From Candidatus Undinarchaeota archaeon (lineage in GTDB: Archaea > SpSt-1190 > JASMDC01), in NCBI GenBank assembly GCA_964519305.1, contig CAZFHY010000023.1:1-40240 (forward strand): 40,240 nt of DNA. Reading direction: 5' to 3'. How positions within the stretch are numbered: the first letter of the stretch is position 1; every line of letters starts with the position of its first letter. The notes under the pieces are model-generated. The model was not told the DNA's origin. It ran no database searches and saw nothing but the letters and a program-made list of their open reading frames with translations. The position numbers and the translations under genes were made by a program. Positions 7,693 through 17,500 of this stretch are shown piece after piece.

Positions 7693-10137
7693 CTACCTAG
7701 TCAGCATGCCCGCGACGAGCTCTCCGGCAGCGAGCGTGTCCTCCTTCTCGGCTCCCGCGACCACGACGGCGTTACCGACAGCGTACACAGTGCCACGTCC
7801 ACCCCGGTTGAGCCTGTACCAGCTCGCCTCGGACGGGAGGGAGGCCACCTGGGCATTGACCACGGGGCCGCCGATGAGGATGTAGGACTTGCCGTCGTCG
7901 AGGGACCCCACCTGGTCATCGTACGCGACCCGGACGGACCCGCCCGCGGATTCGAGCGCGGTCTTGATCCCATTGGCGACCTGCTCGTCGGCTTCATGGG
8001 CACGGCGGCCGTACACGATGACGACCTCCTGGTCCCTGACACGAGCACTGATGCGGTCGTTGGTGAGCCACATGTCCTCGACCTGGGAGAGGGTCTGTCC
8101 GATGGCCCTGCGCCGGTTCTGGAGCAGCTGGGAGCGGTCCAGGTTACGGATGGCGTAGGTAGTCGTGGTGGCGGTGTTCTGGGAGAGCTGAGAGCCCATG
8201 TCCTTCTTCTCTGCACGCTGGCGCATATCGGCGACGGCGGACGCCTGGGAGAGGACCTCGCTGTTCCATGCGACACCAAGGCTCTGGAGTATCGCGTGCT
8301 GGGCCTCCACCTCCCTGAGCACCTCTTCGGTTGTGTTGAAGTTCCCGGCCATCATCTCCTCCTCGGCGTCGTACGTGAGGTCGGCGGTCTTGTCCAGTTC
8401 CGCCTGCCCGACCACCCAGAGGTTCTCGCGGATCGCGTTATGGTCCTCTGTAGCAGAGACTACGATGGACGGGAGGATCACGACCTGTGTGGACCCATCG
8501 GCAGCTACATAGGTGAGCCTTGACTCGCCAACGATCTCGACAGACTCGCCGGCCTCGAGGGCGGGCACCGTCACCTCGACCTCGAAGCTCTTGGTCTGGC
8601 CGTCCCTGAGAGCGTGGAGGGGAACGGTGAACGCGCCATCGCTGACATCGCCCTCGGTACCGTAGACCCCGGCGAGCGTCACGCGTTCCCCGGCGGCCGC
8701 GGCGAGCATGGCGTCGGTCGCCACCGATGATGCTGCACCGGTGAACTCGCTCTCGAACTCGGCGAGGAACGATGCGTCCTGGTTGTAGTAGTAGTTGCCC
8801 CCGCTGGCCTCGGCGATGCGCCTGAGGAGCCGGGCGTTCACGTCCCTACCGAACCCGATGGTGGACACGACGACCCCCAGTGCCTCGGCACGTCCGCCAA
8901 GTGCGGCAATGGAATTCTCGTTGGTGATACCTGCAGTGGGCATACCGTCAGTGAGCACGAACACGACCTTGAGGGAATCGTGCGAGGACTCAGAGAGATC
9001 GTCCAGAGCGAGCGAGAGGCCGTCGTAGAGGTTCGTCCCCCCGCCGGAAGTGATCATACTGACGAGACCGCGCAGCTCGTTCCTGCGGCCATTGAGGCGG
9101 TATGCCTGGGCAGCGAACGTGACGATCGACACCGAGTCGATGTCCCCTAGATTGTCGAGAGCGTAGTACGCGGCGCGCTTCGCGTCCTCGATCTTCTGGC
9201 CGTCCATGCTCCCCGAGGTGTCCATGACGAGCACCACGTCCATGGGGAGCCGGACGATCTCCTGGGCGGTCGCCTGTGCGGTCACCTCATAGAGGAGGTA
9301 CACAGAGGATTCCTCGCCCGCAGGGACGTACGCTGTGCTGGGGTCGATGCGCATGAGGACATCCTCGCGCCCCGAACCGGTGGGGATGAGCTCGTAACGG
9401 ACGTTGAGGTCATCCCAAGGACGGACGTCCTTGAGCGTGAGGGAGAGTGATCCCTCGCCGATGGTCGCACCGGCGGGCGCCTCGATTACGTGGACCCTTT
9501 CGTCCTCGCTCCCGGAGAGCACATTAACGAAGAAACCGACCTCGCCCACGGGCCCATGCCAGAACCGTGCAGCGGACAACTGGAACGATGCGGAGTAGGT
9601 CTCCAGGGCAGGTCCCATCTCGGGCGACAGTTCCCTCGAGTAGGAGATCGTGAACCGCTTGGACCCATATGCCTCTAATGATATGTCCCATAGGTAAAGT
9701 GTCGCGCCCTCATGGTCGATTAGGTTCGAACAGGATACAAGATTGGACGATGTGATGGTCGCTGACCGGCACCTGCCTGCCTGTATTAGTTGCTTGACTA
9801 CGTCCCGTACGAACGCCGACGACTCCGCGCCCGGAACGATTTCCACATTACCTATCTCGATAGCGCTCCCGTCAGGGAGCTCCTCGGCGACGTTGAGCCA
9901 GTCGGCCGTGGTCCCCAAGGGGAAGAAAAGACGTACCGTTACCGGTGTACCCTCCTGGTTCACCACTTCGAAGGCGATCTTTCCGTCCTCGGTCCCGCCC
10001 TGTAATGTAAGGAGGATATGTCCATAGGTCATGGTCACCGCGCTCGTAGTATCTGCAGGGAGGAGACCCGGCAGGCCCGCTACAGACCCCATGATAATGA
10101 GGATGGCGAGCAGTCCCGTGTTCAAAGCATGTCGCAT
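7693..10137 (-). CDS. Secreted VWA (YfbK-like) protein with C-terminal archaeal S-layer-type domain
   Basis: Signal peptide. DVVLVMDTSGSM, GGTNL and VLTDG MIDAS motifs. C-terminal VVIVYGRRA..D..VA and YILIGGPVVN..VAGAEKEDT match the S-layer C-terminal signature. Confidence 0.8.
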   Translation of the reverse strand: MRHALNTGLLAILIIMGSVAGLPGLLPADTTSAVTMTYGHILLTLQGGTEDGKIAFEVVNQEGTPVTVRLFFPLGTTADWLNVAEELPDGSAIEIGNVEIVPGAESSAFVRDVVKQLIQAGRCRSATITSSNLVSCSNLIDHEGATLYLWDISLEAYGSKRFTISYSRELSPEMGPALETYSASFQLSAARFWHGPVGEVGFFVNVLSGSEDERVHVIEAPAGATIGEGSLSLTLKDVRPWDDLNVRYELIPTGSGREDVLMRIDPSTAYVPAGEESSVYLLYEVTAQATAQEIVRLPMDVVLVMDTSGSMDGQKIEDAKRAAYYALDNLGDIDSVSIVTFAAQAYRLNGRRNELRGLVSMITSGGGTNLYDGLSLALDDLSESSHDSLKVVFVLTDGMPTAGITNENSIAALGGRAEALGVVVSTIGFGRDVNARLLRRIAEASGGNYYYNQDASFLAEFESEFTGAASSVATDAMLAAAAGERVTLAGVYGTEGDVSDGAFTVPLHALRDGQTKSFEVEVTVPALEAGESVEIVGESRLTYVAADGSTQVVILPSIVVSATEDHNAIRENLWVVGQAELDKTADLTYDAEEEMMAGNFNTTEEVLREVEAQHAILQSLGVAWNSEVLSQASAVADMRQRAEKKDMGSQLSQNTATTTTYAIRNLDRSQLLQNRRRAIGQTLSQVEDMWLTNDRISARVRDQEVVIVYGRRAHEADEQVANGIKTALESAGGSVRVAYDDQVGSLDDGKSYILIGGPVVNAQVASLPSEASWYRLNRGGRGTVYAVGNAVVVAGAEKEDTLAAGELVAGMLTR

Positions 10138-10455
10138 GTCGCTTCACCTACCACATCGGAGGCGCTCCTGGTTCAAGAATAATCCGGGGAAACCGTTGAC
10201 TGGACCGTCGAGTTACGCGCGCTGATCACCTGGAACGGTTCATATAGGACGATAACCATTTCCCGAGTGGTATGTGCGCCTTTCAGCCAATAATGACCGA
10301 TCTTGGACGTGATATATCGGTATCCTGGCGAGATAACAGCGGAATATCGCCGAACGACTCGTGAACGACACGGACCAGACCGAAAAAGAGCAGACGCGCG
10401 GCCGGGGACGTCAGGTTAATATAATTTGACCGGAGGTTCCTGTCTGGTTGTAAAG

Positions 10456-10713
10456 ATGAGCGAGAAGCAGCGTATCGGGACCGTGTTCACTTACTTCGCC
10501 AAGGTGGGCGTCGCCGGCATCGTGCTCGAGGAGGGCACCCTGAAGGTGGGCGACACCATCTCGATCGAGGGAAGCACCACGAACATCCAGCAGAAGGTCG
10601 ACTCCATGCAGATCGACCGGCAGGAAGTGGAAGAGGCCGGACCCGGCTCGAAGATCGGCATCAAGACGAAGGACCGCGTCCGACCACAGGACGTCGTCTA
10701 CCACGTCGAGTAG
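10456..10713 (+). CDS. Translation elongation factor-like small beta-barrel protein (EF-Tu domain II / U32 C-terminal-like)
   Basis: IGTVFTYFAKVGVA..LKVGDTI..QQKVDSMQID..GIKTKDRVRPQDVVY. TTAATATA at 10416-10423. Confidence 0.85.
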   Translation: MSEKQRIGTVFTYFAKVGVAGIVLEEGTLKVGDTISIEGSTTNIQQKVDSMQIDRQEVEEAGPGSKIGIKTKDRVRPQDVVYHVE

Positions 10714-10876
10714 CTCCGTAATTCCTGACGTCACCCGGGCGTCGGACCGGTAGACAACGCCATGTCCCGGTGATCTGAAGAACGTCAGCGATTCCTTCTC
10801 TTAGAGCTCGGCACTGTTCCTCGTTCATGCCCGCCCCACTAATGCTTATGAAGGATGGTGTTCCCTTATCACTCCG

Positions 10877-11236
10877 ATGGCCAAGGAGGAGCGGTGGGAG
10901 GTGCAGTTGTTCGCCATCTTCCTGTTCATGTCGATCATCATCATCCCTGTCATCTTCATGGCCGAGATGCTCTTCCCGGGAAAAACCGAGGAATGGGCAG
11001 GGTTCACGGTCCAGTGGGGCATAGTCATCATGGGGTTCGGCCCTCTTCTCTTCGTAGGCATCGTCGCATACGCCTACTTCAAGCACAAGAGGATCGTCGC
11101 TCGACTAGAGACCGTCGACCGCATTAAGGAGGTCCATCTCGATGACTGGGAGCAGGAGATGGAAGAGGAGATCGAGGCGTCCTTCGAGAGCCCCTATGAG
11201 TCCGAGTCCTACTACTCAAACCGCTTCCCTTTCTGA
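10877..11236 (+). CDS. Small two-TM hypothetical membrane protein with acidic tail
   Basis: Two hydrophobic segments. TATA-like CTTATGAA about 25 nt upstream. Confidence 0.7.
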   Translation: MAKEERWEVQLFAIFLFMSIIIIPVIFMAEMLFPGKTEEWAGFTVQWGIVIMGFGPLLFVGIVAYAYFKHKRIVARLETVDRIKEVHLDDWEQEMEEEIEASFESPYESESYYSNRFPF

Positions 11237-11254
11237 GCGGGACCGTCCGTCCCC

Positions 11255-14200
11255 TTAGATGCCGCCCTGGAGCACGTACACGAGTGTGAGCAGGAAGGCG
11301 ACGACGGCCGCCAGTGCCAGGATGAGCTTGATGTTCCGTGTCCGCGCTTCGGCGATCATCTCCTCGCTCGTGCAGTTCCGGCATCTCTCCTCGGTGTGGA
11401 CCAGGTCCCGCCGGAGCACGATCGTATGCTCGTCGCACACCTGCTTCCCGCAGTTGGGGCAGTCGTGGAGGTGGTCGGGACAGAACACCTTGTCACAGTA
11501 GGTGCACTTGTGACCGTCAGCGTGCTCGGAGCTCACGTGCTTGTCGCAGCCTTCGGAGTTGCACTCCATAGCGTGCTCCTTGCAGAGGGGTTTCCCGCCC
11601 GCTGCGCATTCGATCGAGCACATGGGGCAGGTCACCATCTGGCACACCGAGCAGGGTATCTCGTCGACGCTCTCGCTCAGGACGCTCTCGCACTGAGGGC
11701 ACGTCCAGCTGTGCTCCTTACAGATTACCACACCGGACGCAGCGCAGTTAATGGTGTGGTCGGGGCACAGGAGCTCGCTGCACGATGAACAGCTGGACCC
11801 GTGCTCGGTGCACACGACGTGCTGACATATCTTGCACGAGCGCTCACCGACGTGCTCGGGGCACGCTCCTCGCGAGCATCCCTCCACCGTGCATGGCGTG
11901 AAGTGCCCCTCGCAGAGCGCCACCTGACACACGTCGCAACGGAGCGTGTGCTCTTCGCACAGCAGTTCTCCGCCCTCGACGCACACGGCGCCCGGTGAGT
12001 CCGTGGTGAGCTTGACTGTGCAGCCAGCGTGCTCGCAGTCTCCTGCTGAGCCTGCCCCGTCGACAGTGTACGTGACCGTCACCTCGCGTGAGCCCTTTGG
12101 ATAGTCGAATACGGTGTCAACGACGATTGTTCGCGGTATCCACACTACCCGCGGTTCTGAGACGGTAACGCTGTCCGGGTCCACTCGCAGCTCGAGGCTC
12201 TTGAGCTCGCGGTCGAGAGTCTGGGTGAACTGCTTCTCGACCAGCTGCTTTTCCCGTGAGATGGCGGCCGCTTCACGCTCCTGCTTCTTCTCGAGCATGG
12301 CGATGGCCTTCTCGGCGGACGAGATCTTGGCCTTGATGTCAGCGATACGTCGCTTGCGCGAGGAGATGCTGGTGTTGAGCTGGGTGATCGGCTTACCTTC
12401 CTTCTTCTTGGCGGTCTTCTGGGACTCCAGGTCCTTGACCTCCCCTTCCAGGGAGGCGATGTCCGCGCGGTAGCGCTGGATGTCACCTTCCGCCTTCTCC
12501 TTCTTGTAGGCGGTATCGTCCTCGAGCTTGGCCAGCTTCTCATCCACCTTGCTGGTCTTGCCCTCCATGTCCAGGGCGAAGTGGTCTTTGAGCGACTCCC
12601 TAACCTCGTCAGCCTCCAAGGAGAACACGCCCGTCTTGGGTGAGTAGTATAACGTGCCCGAGAGCTCCTCCGCGGCCGTACTCTGGGCGGCTTTGAGCAG
12701 CTCCCGGTGGTTCGCGGCTGGCTCGAACTTCTCCAGTGCGTGCTCGGACCCCGACGCGATGGCCTTCATACCGTCCGCAAAGGTAGAACCGGTGAACTCC
12801 GAACCGTCGACGGCCTCGAACAGGACATCGGCACTGGCCGTCGACATGTCGGCCGTGACCTGCCATTCCCCGTCGGTCCGGAAGGCCTCGATGATACCGG
12901 GTAGCTTCTTCTCCACGGAGCAGGAAAGGGATGCGGCAAGGAGAGGCGTGGCCCGGACCGTGACCCGCTTGGCCCGCGCCATGACCTCCTCTAATGGGAA
13001 TGTGGCCAGCAGGCCGTCAGTGGTCACGTTGGGATCGAGGAGGCTCTCGCCCAACCCTGGGAGCGAGACCGCCTTCTTCCGCTTAGCAGGCGCTGCAGCG
13101 GCGACCTCCTCCTTCGCCTTCTCGAACGGTGCGGCTAGCGACTGGACCTCGGCCGGGCTCAACGGTCCACGGTGATAGGTCAGCAGCCATCGGGGCTGGA
13201 CGAACAAGGGTTCGCCACGGTCGGGATTATGGAAGAAGAACTGCCTGGTCTTCAGTCTGGAGAGCTGGTCGGCAAGGTCGGTGACCGGCACGTCCATTCC
13301 AAGGGCGACCTTCTCGACATCGCGCTTGGTCTTGAGGTTACCCACGAAGCGGTTGTTGATGTTGGAGAGCATCATGTAGTCGATGTCACCGGGGTTCTGG
13401 GTCGCGAAGATGCACCCCAGGCCGAAGGCCCTGGCCTGCTTGACCAGTAGCCGAAGCCCCTTCTTCGACGGTGGGTTCTTGGGGTCCGATGGGAGGTACC
13501 CGGCGATCTCGTCGAAATACAGCAGGTAGCGCAGGTTCTGTGTACCGCCCTGCTTGAGCAGCCACTTGTAGAGCTCCTGGGTCAGCATTCCAACGAAGAA
13601 CTGTCGCTCGGACTCCTCGGTGATCCACCGCAGGTCCATGACTGTGATGGGCGTCCTTTCGCCCCGGGCGAAGATGCGGTCGAAGTCCAGAGGCTCACCC
13701 ACGAACCACGCCTTCAGCCCCGGGAGCGTCAGCACGAGGTTGAGCTTGGAGGCTAGGTCAGAGCGGTCCTTTTTGCTTATGAAGTCGTCAAGGGTGAGTG
13801 CGCCTATCTCCTTTATCTGCGGATTCCTGACTAGGTTGATCAGCGCTCCGAGGTCCGGCGACGAGCCCTTCTTCCACTCATGCTCGAGGCATTGGGAGAG
13901 GAAGGACAGCTCCTTCTTGGCCGAGTCGTCGTACCCCACGAGCTTGAGGAGAGAGAGCATGGTGGACTCCACCATATCCAGGGCCAGGGTGGGGTCCGAG
14001 GCCATGAGCTCGGTGAACCCGGGCGGGGGGTCCATGCGCGGTGAGATGGAGACCTCGAGACCGGCGGTGCTCTTAGGGGTGTAGATGCGTACCTCGGTCG
14101 TCTCCTTGAGCTGGCGGATCTGCTCGGCAGTATAGCCGAACTGGGCCAGGGATTCAAGGTAACGCTCCCCCATCTTCTGAGAATACTCGTCAGGGTCCAT

Positions 14201-14458
14201 CCCGGCGTTCTCGGCCTCGGTGTCCGACCACGGTCGGAAATCCAGCTCGGGGAACGCAAGCGCTAATCCGCCGATGTCGCCTTTTGGATCGATGGCGAGC
14301 GTGGGGACACGGGTGAGCGCCGCTTCCTCGATGAGGGTCTTGCACATAACGGTCTTGCCCGAGCCGGTCGCGCCGAGCACCACGCCGTGCTTGAGCAGGA
14401 GGTCGCTGTTGAGCGTGAAACGCTGTCCGTCGCTGGTCGTACCGATGTTGAGATCCAT
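11255..14458 (-). CDS. HerA/FtsK-superfamily (DUF87/DUF853-type) ATPase with coiled coil, CxxH zinc-finger array and C-terminal TM
   Basis: Walker A GATGSGKT, IDPKGD, Walker B LLYFDE, KQARAFGLGCIFATQNP. Nine CxxH motifs. Terminal LILALAAVVAFLLTLVYVL. Confidence 0.85.
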   Translation of the reverse strand: MDLNIGTTSDGQRFTLNSDLLLKHGVVLGATGSGKTVMCKTLIEEAALTRVPTLAIDPKGDIGGLALAFPELDFRPWSDTEAENAGMDPDEYSQKMGERYLESLAQFGYTAEQIRQLKETTEVRIYTPKSTAGLEVSISPRMDPPPGFTELMASDPTLALDMVESTMLSLLKLVGYDDSAKKELSFLSQCLEHEWKKGSSPDLGALINLVRNPQIKEIGALTLDDFISKKDRSDLASKLNLVLTLPGLKAWFVGEPLDFDRIFARGERTPITVMDLRWITEESERQFFVGMLTQELYKWLLKQGGTQNLRYLLYFDEIAGYLPSDPKNPPSKKGLRLLVKQARAFGLGCIFATQNPGDIDYMMLSNINNRFVGNLKTKRDVEKVALGMDVPVTDLADQLSRLKTRQFFFHNPDRGEPLFVQPRWLLTYHRGPLSPAEVQSLAAPFEKAKEEVAAAAPAKRKKAVSLPGLGESLLDPNVTTDGLLATFPLEEVMARAKRVTVRATPLLAASLSCSVEKKLPGIIEAFRTDGEWQVTADMSTASADVLFEAVDGSEFTGSTFADGMKAIASGSEHALEKFEPAANHRELLKAAQSTAAEELSGTLYYSPKTGVFSLEADEVRESLKDHFALDMEGKTSKVDEKLAKLEDDTAYKKEKAEGDIQRYRADIASLEGEVKDLESQKTAKKKEGKPITQLNTSISSRKRRIADIKAKISSAEKAIAMLEKKQEREAAAISREKQLVEKQFTQTLDRELKSLELRVDPDSVTVSEPRVVWIPRTIVVDTVFDYPKGSREVTVTYTVDGAGSAGDCEHAGCTVKLTTDSPGAVCVEGGELLCEEHTLRCDVCQVALCEGHFTPCTVEGCSRGACPEHVGERSCKICQHVVCTEHGSSCSSCSELLCPDHTINCAASGVVICKEHSWTCPQCESVLSESVDEIPCSVCQMVTCPMCSIECAAGGKPLCKEHAMECNSEGCDKHVSSEHADGHKCTYCDKVFCPDHLHDCPNCGKQVCDEHTIVLRRDLVHTEERCRNCTSEEMIAEARTRNIKLILALAAVVAFLLTLVYVLQGGI

Positions 14459-14536
14459 GGATGATTACCCCGCCGGTGGCAAGTTAAGATAGCAATAAAA
14501 ATCCACGGTCAGGGACGGCATGGCCGATACAATACC

Positions 14537-14544
14537 TATATAAA
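14537..14544 (+). promoter_or_regulatory. TATA box for the giant surface protein
   Basis: TATATAAA about 24 nt before ATG 14568. Confidence 0.6.
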
Positions 14545-14567
14545 CCATCCATCGGAGAAATGTGGTT

Positions 14568-17500
14568 ATGGGAAGGCAAAGAACCCTGTTTACACTCTTG
14601 ATCGCCATCGCTCTCCTGGCGGTAGCAGAACCAACGATCGAACCGACCTATGAACCCGGAGCTCCCACTCCCGAGCTAACTGCCGTTCCGAGCGCGGAAC
14701 CTTCGGCAGAACCATCCGTTGTCCCTGATGCAGCTCCATCTGCAGATCCGTCTCCAGTTCCAAGCGCAGATCCTACAGCAGTCCCGAGCGCCATTCCATC
14801 CGCATCTCCTTCCGCCATCCCTACCGACGTTCCCGGGACGACCGCCCTCCCTTCACCCGAACCTACGACAGAGGCGCCCGAGCCCACCTCACCTCCCGAG
14901 GACGTTCCTCCTGAAGAGGACGCGGCCTGCCTCCCGCCCGACTGCGTTACTGAAGAGACGATCTGCATCCCTCCCGACTGCACCGACCAGCCTACAGAGG
15001 GGATGTGCGTCCCTCCCGACTGCACCGAGACGCCCGTGGACGAGATGTGCATCCCGCCCCGCTGCACGGACCTCACCGGTTCCTTCAACCATATAACCAA
15101 TCCCTCCTTCGAGGACGGTACCAATGGCTGGGAGGTCAAGCTAGAAGGGACCTTCGACGAGAAGTGGTGCCCTCACGGTGATGGTACCGAGGTCAAGCAG
15201 CTAAAGAAGGGCGAGAAGCTCGCCATCGGTACGGGCGAGATCCCTCCGTTCGACGGTAACTCGTTCATGGGCTCGTGGGTGTGCAGCACAGGCGCATCGT
15301 CCATCCAGTATCGCCAGCGGCTCGGTATGGCGCCCGGACTGCTCAACGACCTGACCTTCGCGCTCTACGATACATTCCCCGAATCGGATCCCAATGAAAG
15401 CTGGAAGTGGTCGCTCGGGGTACAAGTGGAGCTCCTCGACGCTAGCGAGAACTCCATCTACACCCTCACCTATGGCATCACTAGGGACGATTACGAGTTC
15501 CCGCCGATCACATCGACATCGATGACACGAACGGTCGAGCCCGTTATCGACGTAGAGGGCAACAACTGGAAAGCCTTCGCCCTTAAACCTGCCCGCGAGA
15601 TCATGAAGGCAGGTATCGATCCGACCAAGGTCGCCCTGGTCGACCTGCGGTTCGTCGTCAAGGGATTCAACTCTAACTACTATCTTCTGCTCGACGACGT
15701 GAAGATGGGCCATGGAGTTGGTGAGGGGGCCAATTACTTCGACAATCCTGAAGGGATGATAGCTCCCTCATCCACAGACCAGTCAGCCCCGCTCGGTGAG
15801 ACGGCCAAGGAGAACGTGAGGAAGTGGGAGTGGAAGGACGATCCCGATGGCGACGAGGATAAGGACTGCATCCCCAACGCCAAGGACGCCTGCCCTGAGA
15901 CCCCCGGTGTCACCGCCGAGGAAGGCTGCCCCATCGATGATGATGTCTGGGAGCTCAAGACCTTAGGCCCCGGCGTTACCTCGGCCCGGTTCGAGTGGCG
16001 GTATACGCGCGAGTACAAGGTGTACGCCAAGTCCTTCGCTGTCAAGGTCACCCAGGGCCCTTCGCCCAAGATCGATGGTGTAGAAACCGTGGACACGGTG
16101 TCCGACGAGTACGCCTGGCACACCGTCACAGTAGGCCCCTATAATCCGTCCAGGACCGAGTGCCTCGACCTCTCGGTCACGTTCGTATCACAGGACCCGC
16201 TGTGGGCCGCTGACACCTTCACACTAACCCCCTGCACCAAGGTAGTCGGTAAGGCGCAGGGGACCATGGCTTACGTCCTCAACACCGATGCGTCCGGTAA
16301 GTTGGGCATCTTCGGCCGCACCGGGTACGATCCGGTCACCATCAACGTCAAGGTGTCCGATGTCGCGGGCGCGGTCCTGGCCGACAAGGACGTCAAGAAC
16401 GACCTGGTCTTCGAGGGTGAGAACCTCGAAGGGCCGTTGAACGTCGCCCTTACCAATACATACAGGAGCGACTGCGACAAGATGCTCCATATCGAATCGG
16501 ACTATCCTGTCCTACTATCCGCTACCGCTGACGGTGCGCTCGCCTATGCCCGGAGGGAGGTCATCGAAGATGAGTACGGCCTCGATGCGCTGGTCCTGGC
16601 CACCACCATCAACTATCCCGACGCGATCGTCGGGGGGGCCATCGCCAAAAAGCTTGGCGTGCCCGAGCTCCTCACACCACCGGAAGAACTTCCGGAGGAC
16701 GTCGCCTCGTTCATCGCCGACGAGCGGCCCAAGGAGATCATCCTTATCGGAGGGACGGCCGTCATCAGCGCCGATATTGAGGAGAAGCTATTGGCCGACG
16801 GTTTCGACGTGGTCCGTCTCTGGGGAATGACGAGGTTCGGCACCGCAGCCGAGCTCGCTCAGTACGCCTGGAACGCGGGCGTCGACGAGGCCGTGGTCGT
16901 GTACGACCGTAGCGAGGGTACTGAGGGAGACGAGCACACACAGCTCGTGATGGCCAAGTCACTGGCGGCCGCACGGATAGTACCCATCCTCCTCACATCC
17001 AACGAGGAGCTTTCCGAGGCCACGAAGGAAGCCCTCGAGGACCTTGGTGTAAAGAAGGTGACCCTCGTGGGCCCCGCTTTCGCTGCCGAGGTCGTGGAGG
17101 CGCTCGACGCTCTCAATATCGAGGTGGAGGTAGTCACCGGTGAGACCGTGGAGGAAGTGAACGAGAAGCTACAGGAGGAGGTCGTCGAGGAACTCGAGAA
17201 GAACCTCCCTGAGGGCGGGCTCACACGCCTCGTCGTAGTGGCCGCTGGCACCGACTTCATGGCATCTATCTCGCTCCCCGCTCTTCCGGAGGCGACCGCC
17301 TCTCTTGTGCTCGCTGACGAGGAGCAGATCCAGGACGTCATCGACTTCATCACAGAACACGGTATCAAGGAAGTGACCGTTGTCGGTATCCCGGAGCTCA
17401 CGTCGAAGGTAGTTGCCCGACTCCTCCTGGTGGAGGGGATCGAGGTCAGCGCCTTATCGACGAAGTCGATCGAGAAGAGCCTGGTCGACCGCCTCAAGGA

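Noticed and set aside
10138-10410. Possible RNA gene in the divergent intergenic gap
   Set aside because: No tRNA cloverleaf, box C/D pair or convincing long stem seen; probably promoter DNA.
11255-14458. HerA-NurA repair or HerA-Sir2 defence system
   Set aside because: No nuclease or Sir2 partner nearby, and the motifs fit the DUF87/DUF853 branch.
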